Shown: positions 27,741-36,935, counted from the first letter of the stretch. The stretch is DNA of 64,000 bases from Candidatus Aenigmatarchaeota archaeon (GCA_043824495.1 JBDRSV010000024.1:91056-155055), one strand, 5' to 3'. Notes: generated by a model not told the origin, from the letters alone. A program made the numbers and translations.

Positions 27741-28098
27741 TCCCACTGAGTTCATCCAATTCATCGGGTGGACCCAGATGAGATTATTGTCTAAAGGCTA
27801 AATCAGCAGGCCTTGAATTGTTGGTAGGGATCATTGGAAGATTCCCAAAAACATGGCAAGGAGGGCAACATGTCGCAGGGAACCAAAAACACCAAAGACA
27901 CAGGAACAAGAGCGTTTCTGGTTATCGACGGAACTACAGGAGACCTCATTCCTGTGAAAGCATCGTCTGGACGAAAAGCTGAGCAAATCGCCGGCAGCGT
28001 AACCAGACAATCCCGCAAATAAAATTACCCACTGTGAATTCCCCAGGAGTATCATCCGCCCGGAAGATACTCTGTTCTCCCCCATACTACCATAGGCC

Positions 28099-28138
28099 AC
28101 ACGGAGCTCATCAGGTTTTCACTTGGTGGGCTCCAGTG
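28099..28138 (+). promoter_or_regulatory. Conserved intergenic hairpin element, copy 1
   Basis: CACGGAGCTCAT...GGTGGGCTCCAGTG. Shares the GAGCTCAT / GGTGGGC core with copies 2 and 3 but has a different, still complementary, outer stem. Confidence 0.45.
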
Positions 28139-28240
28139 AGATCTTTGGTGGTTAACGTTCCATAACCGTTTCATTCACAACCTTTTGCCGACCTTGTCTG
28201 CATTGCAGCTCAAGGAAGTGTGTAAAGGAAGGAGAGTGTC

Positions 28241-28942
28241 ATGTTATTGCATGTAACAGTAATAAGCCGCGGAGACAGAACAACGATCGATGTTCCCAGA
28301 ACAGAATTCAACTGGGATACCAATCAATGTCGCGTAGTTGAAGGTGCAGAGGAAGCTGAAAGAAATCTCGGGGTGGCGGAGAATCTCGAAATCCGTAAAC
28401 CCGCGGCTTACCAGGGACCCTATTTATACTGTATTGTAGAGGTGGGGTTCGAGGAAATTTGTTTTCCCCCGACTTTCCTCAAGTGGATCGAGAATGTTCC
28501 CGAGGATGAGAAAAGAGCCATCCTTATCGTTCCCACCAAAACCATCCGAAAGGCCGATGATAGTCACTATATGGGATCTATAGATCGTTATAGGTATTAT
28601 CCTCATGGTGAAGTCTTCCTGATTGGTCGCAGAATCATCGTGAGGAACATCTACCTATCACCTGATAACATCAAGATGGTGGTGGATAAAATCCTTGCCC
28701 GACTGAGTGACGGCCTGTTCCTCCGGTTGGCCTTTGAGTTTCTCCAGGCTACGCCGATCAGTGACAATCCTACGGTGACTGGAGAACATATCACCATGTT
28801 GGATAATCTCTTCACGGGGACGCGTTCCCTTCGGAGAGGAGATTCAACTCGTCGCGAACGGTTCAATCATGTTCGGGCCGTGATTGGACATATGGCCAAA
28901 CACGGGATAGTTCTGTCTGGCAAGATCGAACCCGTGAAGTAA
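28241..28942 (+). CDS. Hypothetical protein
   Basis: 233 aa with AAGGAAGGAGAG upstream. No family recognised. Confidence 0.6.
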   Translation: MLLHVTVISRGDRTTIDVPRTEFNWDTNQCRVVEGAEEAERNLGVAENLEIRKPAAYQGPYLYCIVEVGFEEICFPPTFLKWIENVPEDEKRAILIVPTKTIRKADDSHYMGSIDRYRYYPHGEVFLIGRRIIVRNIYLSPDNIKMVVDKILARLSDGLFLRLAFEFLQATPISDNPTVTGEHITMLDNLFTGTRSLRRGDSTRRERFNHVRAVIGHMAKHGIVLSGKIEPVK

Positions 28943-28995
28943 TCAACGGCTTGGAAACCAAGTCAAATCAACGACAATGAAAGTTGAGGTGTAAT

Positions 28996-29316
28996 ATGAA
29001 TAGGCGAATACAGAGTATGATTGTGATGACTGCGACTTTGATAGCTGTTGCAGTCTTTCTCCAAGTCTCACAGCTTCACGCGGCACATTTGATGGCAACC
29101 GCAATTGCAATTGCGGTTGTGGTGATGATCGTTGTTAACATGGGAAGAGTTCCCAACACTCGGCAGAAGTTTCGGAACTTCTCTGTCGGAGCCGTTTTCG
29201 GGAGCATCTTCCTGTGGGAGTTGTTCAAGGTTACGTTCTTGAATCACCCTGCGGCTCTTTGGAGTGTGGTTGTACTCGGAGCTGCGGCAGTCTCATTTCT
29301 GACGTTCCGCCGGTAG
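28996..29316 (+). CDS. Hypothetical membrane protein
   Basis: Three hydrophobic helices. GAGGTG lies 4-5 nt upstream of ATG 28996. Confidence 0.55.
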   Translation: MNRRIQSMIVMTATLIAVAVFLQVSQLHAAHLMATAIAIAVVVMIVVNMGRVPNTRQKFRNFSVGAVFGSIFLWELFKVTFLNHPAALWSVVVLGAAAVSFLTFRR

Positions 29317-29330
29317 TACTGAAGTTCACC

Positions 29331-29361
29331 GGGGATCCCGATCAATCTGGTTGGGATCCCC
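29331..29361 (+). terminator. Hairpin terminator (GGGGATCCC...GGGATCCCC)
   Basis: 9 bp perfect stem. A homologous copy lies at 30241-30273. Confidence 0.6.
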
Positions 29362-29414
29362 TCAACCTGACAATAAACTGTTGTTAAATGTTCCATTACA
29401 CCAAGGAGGGCGCA

Positions 29415-30233
29415 ATGCGTCACCAACGTTTCATCACCACAGTACTGGCACTCATGTTCTTGACTGTGCCGGCAATGTTCAGCAGTGCGGTTCTGGCCGA
29501 TCCGATTTCATCCGGAGACGGTCAAATGTATGTGGTCCAACAGGGAGATTGGTTGACGCGGCCGATCATCCCGACACTCTACTCGGATGTGTTGAAGCCA
29601 GGCGACTTGAAGAGTGCTCTCTGGATCGCTGACATCTTCGATACACTCAACATTAACATCACCCACCGCGACAAAATTCGGGCGTATGATACCATCATGG
29701 CGCCGTCATTCGCGGCGTTGAAGAAGTACAAACATCTCGCACCCGCCGACGTGGTCATCAACCTGTTCGCCACGTATGATATCGCGTCCATGGAACTTGT
29801 GGACGCCGAGTTTGTAAGAAAGCGCATCGAGGACTTTGAGGGTACTTACTGGTACAAAAATCGAGCCGCGTGGGCCCGAATTTTCGGAGTCGGTAATGGC
29901 ACGTATGTCTGCGGTGACACCGTGATGCCGTTCTCATGGTTCATGAGCTGCAATACGGACGGTAATACGGGAATGACTATCTCCATCTCCATGGACGAAG
30001 GAGATCTCACCGCAGTTCGCAAGGTTCCAGGTACACGTAACGGATTCTGGGGAGCCAGTCGTGACAATAAGTTCACATACGTGGGCTTCGGCAACGACTG
30101 GATCGATCGTTGCGACTGGAATGACGAGACCGAGAGCTGGGACATTCCACCAGTTCTGAATGAGATCGTCGGAACTCTCAACAACTTTCCATTCGTCCAG
30201 TATATGACCGTCGTCGCGTACGAACTGGAATAG
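29415..30233 (+). CDS. Hypothetical secreted protein (paralog of 30334..31659)
   Basis: Signal peptide MRHQRFITTVLALMFLTVPAMFSSAVLA, with AAGGAGGG upstream. The C-terminal half aligns with the next gene. Confidence 0.65.
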   Translation: MRHQRFITTVLALMFLTVPAMFSSAVLADPISSGDGQMYVVQQGDWLTRPIIPTLYSDVLKPGDLKSALWIADIFDTLNINITHRDKIRAYDTIMAPSFAALKKYKHLAPADVVINLFATYDIASMELVDAEFVRKRIEDFEGTYWYKNRAAWARIFGVGNGTYVCGDTVMPFSWFMSCNTDGNTGMTISISMDEGDLTAVRKVPGTRNGFWGASRDNKFTYVGFGNDWIDRCDWNDETESWDIPPVLNEIVGTLNNFPFVQYMTVVAYELE

Positions 30234-30240
30234 TTGTTAC

Positions 30241-30273
30241 AGGGGATCCTGACCAATTCGGTTGGGATCCCTT
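30241..30273 (+). terminator. Hairpin terminator, duplicate of 29331-29361
   Basis: AGGGGATCC...GGATCCCTT, followed by the same CAACTTGACAAT box. Confidence 0.55.
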
Positions 30274-30333
30274 CAACTTGACAATTAACGTAACATGTTA
30301 ACAATGAATACCAACAGAGAAGGAGAAAGTCAA

Positions 30334-31659
30334 ATGTGTAACATCATCATCCGTACCATCGTGGCACTGGCACTCATGGTTCTGATCGTGCCGGCCATCA
30401 CCAACATCGCAATTGCGGACGGAACGCCGTGTGGTCTCACCGTAGGTAATGGCAACGACATCGATCGCGACTTCGTTGCATTCCTCAACAAAGAAGGAAT
30501 CAGATGGTTAACAATCGAGGAATTCGTTGAGTGCTACTCCCAACTGATCGGTCCAGGTAGTACCATGTTGAGCACCACTCGGGGATATGGCTGGGGATAT
30601 ATTGACGTTCCTTTCAAGTTTGGCGATTCGGTCGCGTCTATAGTGAACATGGAGATCATGCCAGGCGTCCGGATCAATATGGCTTGGGATCAAGCGGTCA
30701 TCTTCTACAAATATGCGAATAATCATGGAATGCATATTCTGAAGAAGACGGAGAATGACCGTGAGGTTCCGGCCTGGAGCGGCTTGATTGATGAAGCTAC
30801 GGTGCGTCAACATGTCAACGGCTTCGAAGTGTCCGCGCAGATTCCGAGTGATGTTCTGGAATCGGATGTTGCGATTATCCGGATGCGAGATTTAAAGGAC
30901 GCCTACTTGGCCGAGAACACCGACGTTATCGAGTCTTACCTCATCGAGAAGTTTGACCTCGACGACGATTCCGAGCCGTATTCTGACAATCGGCCAAATA
31001 TATTTCATCGCAGTGGCGAAGTCTTACTGGACTCGGAGATGTTCTTCGTGTATGAAGGTCTGGAAATTCTCAATCTCATCATCAATGATCGGTGGATTGG
31101 TGTACGATTCCCCGGATCGACCTATATCCACTTCATCAACATCGGACCGAGAAAAGTCCACGACTTGAATGCCAACTTCGTCGAGACGAAAACTCCGAAC
31201 AACACCGGCGGTCAGATCAGTATCCCGCAGGATGTGATCGAAAAGATGACGTGGATCGATTCCGTCTATTCGGATAGGATGTCCCCGAATCCGATGTTAG
31301 GTTTCGGAAACGGTGAGTACCTGGCGAGCTCTGGGATCGTTTCGTTCGCGTGGGTTGCCTGGACCAACACCGATGGCAACCTCCAGTTCTATCTCAATGT
31401 TCTCCTTAACATTGATCATCAGGTGACGATCGAGACTGTGTCTCACTACGGTGGGCCTGATGTTTGGAGGGCGTGGAGTCCGAATCAGACCTGCACAGAG
31501 GTGGAGACTGGAAACGGCTGGTGTTATATTCACTGTTCCCAGTCGGAAAGTGGACCTCGAATCTGCGACTATAGACAAGCCTTGGACGATGCAGTCGCGG
31601 CGTTCAATGGCATCGATTTCTTCACGAACATGAAGGTGATCATGTACACGGTGAAGTAA
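30334..31659 (+). CDS. Hypothetical secreted protein (paralog of 29415..30233)
   Basis: Signal peptide MCNIIIRTIVALALMVLIVPAITNIAIA. GFGNGEYLASSGIVSFAWVAWTNTDGN aligns with GVGNGTYVCGDTVMPFSWFMSCNTDGN in the previous gene. Confidence 0.65.
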   Translation: MCNIIIRTIVALALMVLIVPAITNIAIADGTPCGLTVGNGNDIDRDFVAFLNKEGIRWLTIEEFVECYSQLIGPGSTMLSTTRGYGWGYIDVPFKFGDSVASIVNMEIMPGVRINMAWDQAVIFYKYANNHGMHILKKTENDREVPAWSGLIDEATVRQHVNGFEVSAQIPSDVLESDVAIIRMRDLKDAYLAENTDVIESYLIEKFDLDDDSEPYSDNRPNIFHRSGEVLLDSEMFFVYEGLEILNLIINDRWIGVRFPGSTYIHFINIGPRKVHDLNANFVETKTPNNTGGQISIPQDVIEKMTWIDSVYSDRMSPNPMLGFGNGEYLASSGIVSFAWVAWTNTDGNLQFYLNVLLNIDHQVTIETVSHYGGPDVWRAWSPNQTCTEVETGNGWCYIHCSQSESGPRICDYRQALDDAVAAFNGIDFFTNMKVIMYTVK

Positions 31660-31947
31660 AGCCGAACGCCACGAATTACTAATCCGCTCTTCTTCCCAAA
31701 GAAGTGTGGCTAGTGTGAAAGGAGTATGGGAAGGTTCCACAGTAGTAGCATCAACGGCAAAAAGTAAAAGACAAAAAAATGAAGGCCAAACCCGAGGAGG
31801 AACTCGAAGTGAAGACGAAACGAAGGTCATGCCAATATCCCATTTCGCCCATGATGGCGACTCATATTCTCATAGTCTGACCGGCCGCCGGCGACGCCAC
31901 GGGCCTCTTATATAGTTAGCGGGGCCCATCGCCAATGCAGTCAAAAT

Positions 31948-31975
31948 CCCGGGTAGGCTTCAACCCCTACCCGGG
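31948..31975 (+). terminator. Hairpin terminator CCCGGGTAGG...CCTACCCGGG
   Basis: 10 bp perfect stem. Confidence 0.6.
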
Positions 31976-31976
31976 G

Positions 31977-32028
31977 TTCCAAATGAGCTCATCTAGTTCA
32001 GATATTTTCTAGGTGGGCCCATTTGGAA
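31977..32028 (+). promoter_or_regulatory. Conserved intergenic hairpin element, copy 2
   Basis: TTCCAAATGAGCTCAT...AGGTGGGCCCATTTGGAA. Confidence 0.45.
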
Positions 32029-32092
32029 TTGTAAATGATTGTTGACTGTTCAATGAGCGTTCCGAAAGGAACATTGCAAGGAGATTTTTATC

Positions 32093-32557
32093 ATGACACA
32101 GCAGATGACATCAGTACCAGATGGTTGGGGCGGAGCAGGTGGCGACAGTCTCGGCACAGATGCACTCGAGCTTCTGAAGAAAATGGGATTCGACAATGCA
32201 ATGGGACAAGCGTTGCTCGGCAGCTTTAATCCACAGGGTTTCGTGGATGCGCTTCTCACGTTCCGACCGTTCCCGGTTGGCGGAGTCTCTCCCGAAGCTC
32301 GGAACGAGAGCAGAGAAGCTCAGTGGATTTATCTCACATGGATCTTCACCAGTCGGCAGAGAGCCTCCTTTCCCGTCGAAGGGGTGAGTGGCCTTGCTGA
32401 CTTCGTGGATATTGTCCGGAAAGCACAGAGCGATGCGGACGCGAACGAACATGCAGTTCGAATCTTGTCCAGGTTTGGGTGTGTCGATCTCCTCGTTGGT
32501 GAAGGTCGGACCTTCTTGCACACGAAAGCCATCGATTTCGCTAATTCCCAAACGTAA
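32093..32557 (+). CDS. Hypothetical protein
   Basis: 154 aa with AAGGAGA upstream. Confidence 0.55.
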   Translation: MTQQMTSVPDGWGGAGGDSLGTDALELLKKMGFDNAMGQALLGSFNPQGFVDALLTFRPFPVGGVSPEARNESREAQWIYLTWIFTSRQRASFPVEGVSGLADFVDIVRKAQSDADANEHAVRILSRFGCVDLLVGEGRTFLHTKAIDFANSQT

Positions 32558-32579
32558 GTCCGCGACATCACCAACCAAT

Positions 32580-32612
32580 CCCGGGAACAAGACAGTTCAA
32601 TCTGTTCCCGGG
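32580..32612 (+). terminator. Hairpin terminator CCCGGGAACA...TGTTCCCGGG
   Basis: 10 bp perfect stem. Confidence 0.6.
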
Positions 32613-32665
32613 TTCCAAATGAGTTCATGTGGTTTGATTTCTTGACTAGGTGGGCTCATTTGGAA
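32613..32665 (+). promoter_or_regulatory. Conserved intergenic hairpin element, copy 3
   Basis: TTCCAAATGAGTTCAT...(TTGACT)AGGTGGGCTCATTTGGAA, with an 11 bp outer stem. Confidence 0.45.
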
Positions 32666-32757
32666 TTGAGTTGTAGTAGAACCATAACCCATTCACGACC
32701 TTTTGTCGACCCTGTCTGATATCAGTTCAGGGAAGAATCTAAAGGAAGGAGAATTCA

Positions 32758-34749
32758 ATGCATTCACTCCAAGAAGTAAAAGAACACATCAAGACAACGA
32801 TGTGCAAAGCGGTTCAAGTGAATCGCTGGATGATGTGGATCGCGCTCGTCGTCATATGTATTGTGGCGATTGAGTTGTTCGTTTGGTTGCCTTCACTGCC
32901 AGAAGAGGCGCAAGACGTCCTTTCCCCATTCATAGAAGGTGGAAACAGGAATGCAGGCACGTTATTACTCCACTTCTTCTGTTTCATGGGTGCATTGGTG
33001 TCTATCTTCTTCAAAATCTTCGGTCCGATCACAAGATCTTATGATAATACACTTTTCTGGGAACTCCATCTGGGTGGAACAAAAAGGATCGGATTCCGCC
33101 TGGGTGACTGGCCTACTGGTGTGTTCATTGAAGCGGCAGACGTTCTCAGTGATTTACCAGCGAATGTCAGGAAAAGAATTCCGTGCACCCAGTATGCTGT
33201 TTCTCGAATTAAAAGCGTAACGGAATTCGACGACAGCGGTAGAGCCATCGTCCCACGGGATGAGAGTGTGTCTTCTGTGAGATTCGCCACAGTGGATGAT
33301 GGTCGACCGGGAACGCTCGACTTGGATAGGGTGTTCTCCTGGGCGCATAAGTACATCCGAGGCTATTATATCTGCCTGGCCTTTACATGTCTGTTCCTGG
33401 CTTGGCCGGTGATAACCGGCTACTCGATCGCGAGCTTCATGCACGACCTCCCGGTCCAGATCCACGACATCGCTGTTGACCCATCTCAGAATTCGACGAA
33501 AGTAATCGTCAGTTCTGATCGCAATGTCCGGTATGACTCAAGAATCGAGGTTGCAGATGACTGTGTCTGCTCCCGATTCATTCTGAACATATACCCGGCA
33601 AAGTGTGATTTCCTGGAGGAGATCTTTGCCAGTGACTATGTAATGAGAGGGTATTATGGGGCTCGAACCAACACCGGGCAGCTCTCCGAAGCAACTGGAT
33701 GGAATGGTGTCAGGCAAATCAACATCAGACAAGTTGGTGACACCATCAAGATTGTACTCGGCCTGAAAGATATGGTTGAGTACGCAATGAGTCGCTCGTC
33801 AGAGCACGGCACAAAGGATCTGGTCGTTGGTCTGGACACGCCAGTCGAGTCCAAACAGACATCGGGCGAATATTGGACCGCGAACAAGTTCGCAGATCAG
33901 TACGAAGTTCCTGACAACAATGCCCGTCGCGAGTCATCGTGTGGTGAATGGAAGTCGTTCGTCAGATTTGTATCTGCGGATAGTAACAACGTATACTTCT
34001 CTGCCAGATACGGTGGAGTGTACAGAGTGGATATGAATGGATGGATTGACACGATCGTCCCAAACAACGAGGTTGATTACTACCACACGCCAGTGAGTAG
34101 CGGTAATAAACTCGCTGGCATCCATGATGGGAATGATCTCTGTATTGTGGATATGGATACCAGAAAGGTCAAGAACGTCACCCATGGACAAATATGGGAC
34201 GTCGATTGGGTCTCGGACACCGGACTCGTGTTCTGGAGAGATCTTGATGGTGTCTGTTACTACTCCCTCTCTGCGGACTCGTCTTGGTCTTTGAACAAAA
34301 AGGCCAAATTCCCATCTGTGTGTGGGGATAAGATATTCTACCTCACACACTTACGCACCCATCGGGATGAGTGGGATTCCACACTAATCTGGGAGATGAG
34401 CCTTGACGGGTCTTCCAGAACCGTAGCTAGGTTGAAGGGAGGCTACTCACACCTGAGTATGTCTTCGGACTGCTCAATTGCAGTTCTGAAAGAGCCGTAT
34501 AGTTCTGACCGCACGTGGGTCAATAGAATCAAAACATTCTCCTTCAACGACTGCATTATGACAACACTGACGGAGTGTGGTGAGTCTCCAAGGATCACTA
34601 CAGACAATCGAATTGTTTATGTCAAGTTGTATCCTGTGGAGGGGCGTGGGGATTTCAACTCGAACTCAGAAGTCCGGATCATGGATCTGGACGGCAGAAA
34701 CGACACCTTGATTGTCAACAGAGAGGAACTCCGGAAGTTTCCGATGTAA
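32758..34749 (+). CDS. Membrane-anchored protein with C-terminal TolB-like beta-propeller region
   Basis: N-terminal TM helices. The C-terminal half has repeated short beta-strand/Asp-Gly motifs resembling PD40/WD40-like repeats (weak). Confidence 0.6.
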   Translation: MHSLQEVKEHIKTTMCKAVQVNRWMMWIALVVICIVAIELFVWLPSLPEEAQDVLSPFIEGGNRNAGTLLLHFFCFMGALVSIFFKIFGPITRSYDNTLFWELHLGGTKRIGFRLGDWPTGVFIEAADVLSDLPANVRKRIPCTQYAVSRIKSVTEFDDSGRAIVPRDESVSSVRFATVDDGRPGTLDLDRVFSWAHKYIRGYYICLAFTCLFLAWPVITGYSIASFMHDLPVQIHDIAVDPSQNSTKVIVSSDRNVRYDSRIEVADDCVCSRFILNIYPAKCDFLEEIFASDYVMRGYYGARTNTGQLSEATGWNGVRQINIRQVGDTIKIVLGLKDMVEYAMSRSSEHGTKDLVVGLDTPVESKQTSGEYWTANKFADQYEVPDNNARRESSCGEWKSFVRFVSADSNNVYFSARYGGVYRVDMNGWIDTIVPNNEVDYYHTPVSSGNKLAGIHDGNDLCIVDMDTRKVKNVTHGQIWDVDWVSDTGLVFWRDLDGVCYYSLSADSSWSLNKKAKFPSVCGDKIFYLTHLRTHRDEWDSTLIWEMSLDGSSRTVARLKGGYSHLSMSSDCSIAVLKEPYSSDRTWVNRIKTFSFNDCIMTTLTECGESPRITTDNRIVYVKLYPVEGRGDFNSNSEVRIMDLDGRNDTLIVNREELRKFPM

Positions 34750-34830
34750 GCGTGTAGTTATCATTCACACCCCGCCTGGATTCAATTCCAGGCGGGGTTG
34801 ATCATGAAATAAAGAGAAGGGGAGTGTACC

Positions 34831-35835
34831 ATGATAAAAATGTTTGGTAAACTGCTCTGCGGAGTTGCCATGGTTGTAGGCGGGTTGATCGCAGTGCTAG
34901 CGACGATCACTTTCTTCGCAGTCATTGGGAACATGGTAATCGATACTTACAAAATTGGCATGCATTTCTCTCCGTTGTTACCGACAGCCTTCATCAGCCT
35001 TTGGGTCGCCGCCGTCATGCTTTGGATTACCACCCTCGGCGCGAAAGGCCTCGGATGGTCGGTATCATGCCATTTGAAATTCAACATCGGTTACGGTTCC
35101 ATGCTGCTGGGAATCGTCGGCGTAATTGTGATCCTGGGATACTACACATATCTCTTCACCTTTGCTGACATCCCAGGACAACTGGTTGTCCTCAGTATTG
35201 ACGGTATGGAGACGTTCAGTCGGGTGGAAGTTCGTCTCATGAAAATCATGGATTTGGTGCCTCTACTATTCGCATCCATTTGCACCGGATTCACCGGACT
35301 GGCTCTCTGGTGGGGACGAATACAATCAATCCGGTTTCCGTTCTCCCGTTGGTTCGGAATCGCTGTCGCGATGATTCTTGTTATTGTCATGGCAGTGCCT
35401 GTTCTTGGTCAGGCCGATTCCACAGGCTTCACTGAGGCCAAGACCCATCTTTGTGGGATGCAGATGAATTATGCTGAATATTTCGGTGAGTTGTTCGCGG
35501 CGCGTTTCGCATCCCGGGAACTTGATATCAATATCTTCGATGCCGATGAAGAGTGGATGTGGAGAATGGTTGATTCAACATTCTACCGAAGGGATACACT
35601 CTTTGCTGTCAGAGACGGGTTCTCGTCGGTATTTAATATGGCCGAAGAGAAGGCCGAGCTTGTGGCCGCGACTGATCTGGCGAGAATTGTCGGGAAAATC
35701 AGGGGAATCCCGGAAGGTGAACGCGTTCCTTTAAGGTATTGTTTCCGTGGGGGACAGTTCATCAAGAAAGATACAAACAGAGGTTACCATGCGGTTGTAG
35801 TGCAGATTCTTCCGCTGTCTGAGAATCTGGAGTGA
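34831..35835 (+). CDS. Hypothetical polytopic membrane protein with cytoplasmic C-terminal domain
   Basis: 334 aa with about 6 TM helices, and GGGGAG upstream. Confidence 0.6.
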   Translation: MIKMFGKLLCGVAMVVGGLIAVLATITFFAVIGNMVIDTYKIGMHFSPLLPTAFISLWVAAVMLWITTLGAKGLGWSVSCHLKFNIGYGSMLLGIVGVIVILGYYTYLFTFADIPGQLVVLSIDGMETFSRVEVRLMKIMDLVPLLFASICTGFTGLALWWGRIQSIRFPFSRWFGIAVAMILVIVMAVPVLGQADSTGFTEAKTHLCGMQMNYAEYFGELFAARFASRELDINIFDADEEWMWRMVDSTFYRRDTLFAVRDGFSSVFNMAEEKAELVAATDLARIVGKIRGIPEGERVPLRYCFRGGQFIKKDTNRGYHAVVVQILPLSENLE

Positions 35836-35973
35836 AACCAACATTATCCTTTCAACATTTGATGGAGGACGGGTCATGAAACTAGTCTTAAATCGTAGGC
35901 ATCTTATAGATCCCGCCAGTGTCATTGGGCCACGCGTGAACTGGTTGTTCTCCTGAATGGCCAAGAGGTTCAG

Positions 35974-36222
35974 GTGCGTCCTATCGACCAGACGATAATT
36001 CTGATCGGACGCGATCCGGAATGTGACGTAATACTCGATAATCGCGCCGTCGACTTCTTCCATGCTCACATTGATTTCGGCGAGAATTTTGTAGTAATTG
36101 ACAACGTGTCACTCAACGGCACGTTTGTCAACGGAGAAAAGGTCGAGAAAGCGGTTCTCCGTCCTGGTGATGTGATCACAATAGCCAGGTATGAGATTCA
36201 CATCCGGTCCCTCCGGAAGTAG
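35974..36222 (+). CDS. FHA-domain protein (start uncertain; domain extends upstream of the annotated GTG)
   Basis: IILIGRDPECDVILDNRAVDFFHAHI...NVSLNGTFVNGEKV...PGDVITIARYEIHI is FHA-like. The frame is open back to 35899. Confidence 0.65.
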   Translation: MRPIDQTIILIGRDPECDVILDNRAVDFFHAHIDFGENFVVIDNVSLNGTFVNGEKVEKAVLRPGDVITIARYEIHIRSLRK

Positions 36223-36250
36223 ACGACGCGATGGTAGTCTTGTTCCAATT

Positions 36251-36279
36251 CCGTACAGGTGTTTACAAAATCTGTGCGG
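36251..36279 (+). terminator. Imperfect hairpin after the last gene of block I5
   Basis: CCGTACAG (36251-36258) pairs with CTGTGCGG (36272-36279) with one mismatch, followed by GATTTGTATT. Confidence 0.45.
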
Positions 36280-36286
36280 GATTTGT

Positions 36287-36308
36287 ATTGTCTAATTAAA
36301 GGGATATA
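36287..36308 (-). repeat. Junction motif copy f (reverse complement TATATCCCTTTAATTAGACAAT)
   Basis: Read directly from the sequence. GC-rich block on the left, AT-rich DNA on the right. Confidence 0.9.
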
Positions 36309-36316
36309 AGAGTTAA
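36308..36316. repeat. 9 bp target-site duplication AAGAGTTAA (left)
   Basis: Identical 9-mer at 45467-45475, each directly abutting a terminal inverted repeat. Confidence 0.85.
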
Positions 36317-36332
36317 GGCTTTGCACAAAAAC
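36317..36332 (+). repeat. Left terminal inverted repeat
   Basis: GGCTTTGCACAAAAAC is the exact reverse complement of 45451-45466. Confidence 0.9.
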
Positions 36333-36390
36333 TCTGTTTTACACAAAAACTGTGCTTAGCCTAAAAAATTCAAGAAAAAGGAGGTGAAGC

Positions 36391-36609
36391 GTGAAAAAGG
36401 TTAAAAGTTGGAAATCTAAAGATAATAATATGATGATTACTCCAAGATTAGTGTTAATGTTCATTTTTGGACTTATTGCTATTTATGGTCTTTTTGCTGC
36501 TCTTAGTCCAGAAAGGTATATAATTCCTCTAGTTTCAGGTGAATTTGCACAAATTATTGGGTTTATTATATTTATCATAGCAGGTTATTTTTTTGTTAGG
36601 TTTAGATAA
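36391..36609 (+). CDS. Small membrane protein
   Basis: Two TM helices, a GTG start and GGAGGTG upstream. Confidence 0.45.
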   Translation: MKKVKSWKSKDNNMMITPRLVLMFIFGLIAIYGLFAALSPERYIIPLVSGEFAQIIGFIIFIIAGYFFVRFR

Positions 36610-36610
36610 T

Positions 36611-36874
36611 ATGGACAAAATACAACTTAAAAAGAATAAGATAGATCTGGAAGCTAGATATATAATGCAAGAAAGAAATGCTATTTTATTGGCCCTCCCT
36701 GCTTTACCATTAACTTCTTTTAACTTGGGTTTGTTTGTAGGTCAACTTGATCCATTAGTCTCTGCATTCATTGCTTTGGTTGTTTTTGAATATCTTTATT
36801 TTATTAAGCTTCATTTTGATCGAAAATTAAAGGATAAAATAAAAGAAATTGATGATCTGATGAGAATTACCTAA
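36611..36874 (+). CDS. Small membrane protein
   Basis: ATG 36611 follows the previous stop. Two hydrophobic helices. Confidence 0.45.
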   Translation: MDKIQLKKNKIDLEARYIMQERNAILLALPALPLTSFNLGLFVGQLDPLVSAFIALVVFEYLYFIKLHFDRKLKDKIKEIDDLMRIT

Positions 36875-36935
36875 GGCGAATTCTGACCAAAAACCCTTGC
36901 ATTGATTTATATTCCTTTCCAACTAATTCTTTCCT

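Larger units (their letters stand above)
27340..36286. other. GC-richer bacterial-type block I5 (about 10 plus-strand genes); left edge approximate
   Basis: GGAGG-type RBSs, TGACAATWAAC boxes, CCCGGG-type hairpin terminators and lipobox/signal peptides. Ends at junction motif f. Confidence 0.65.
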
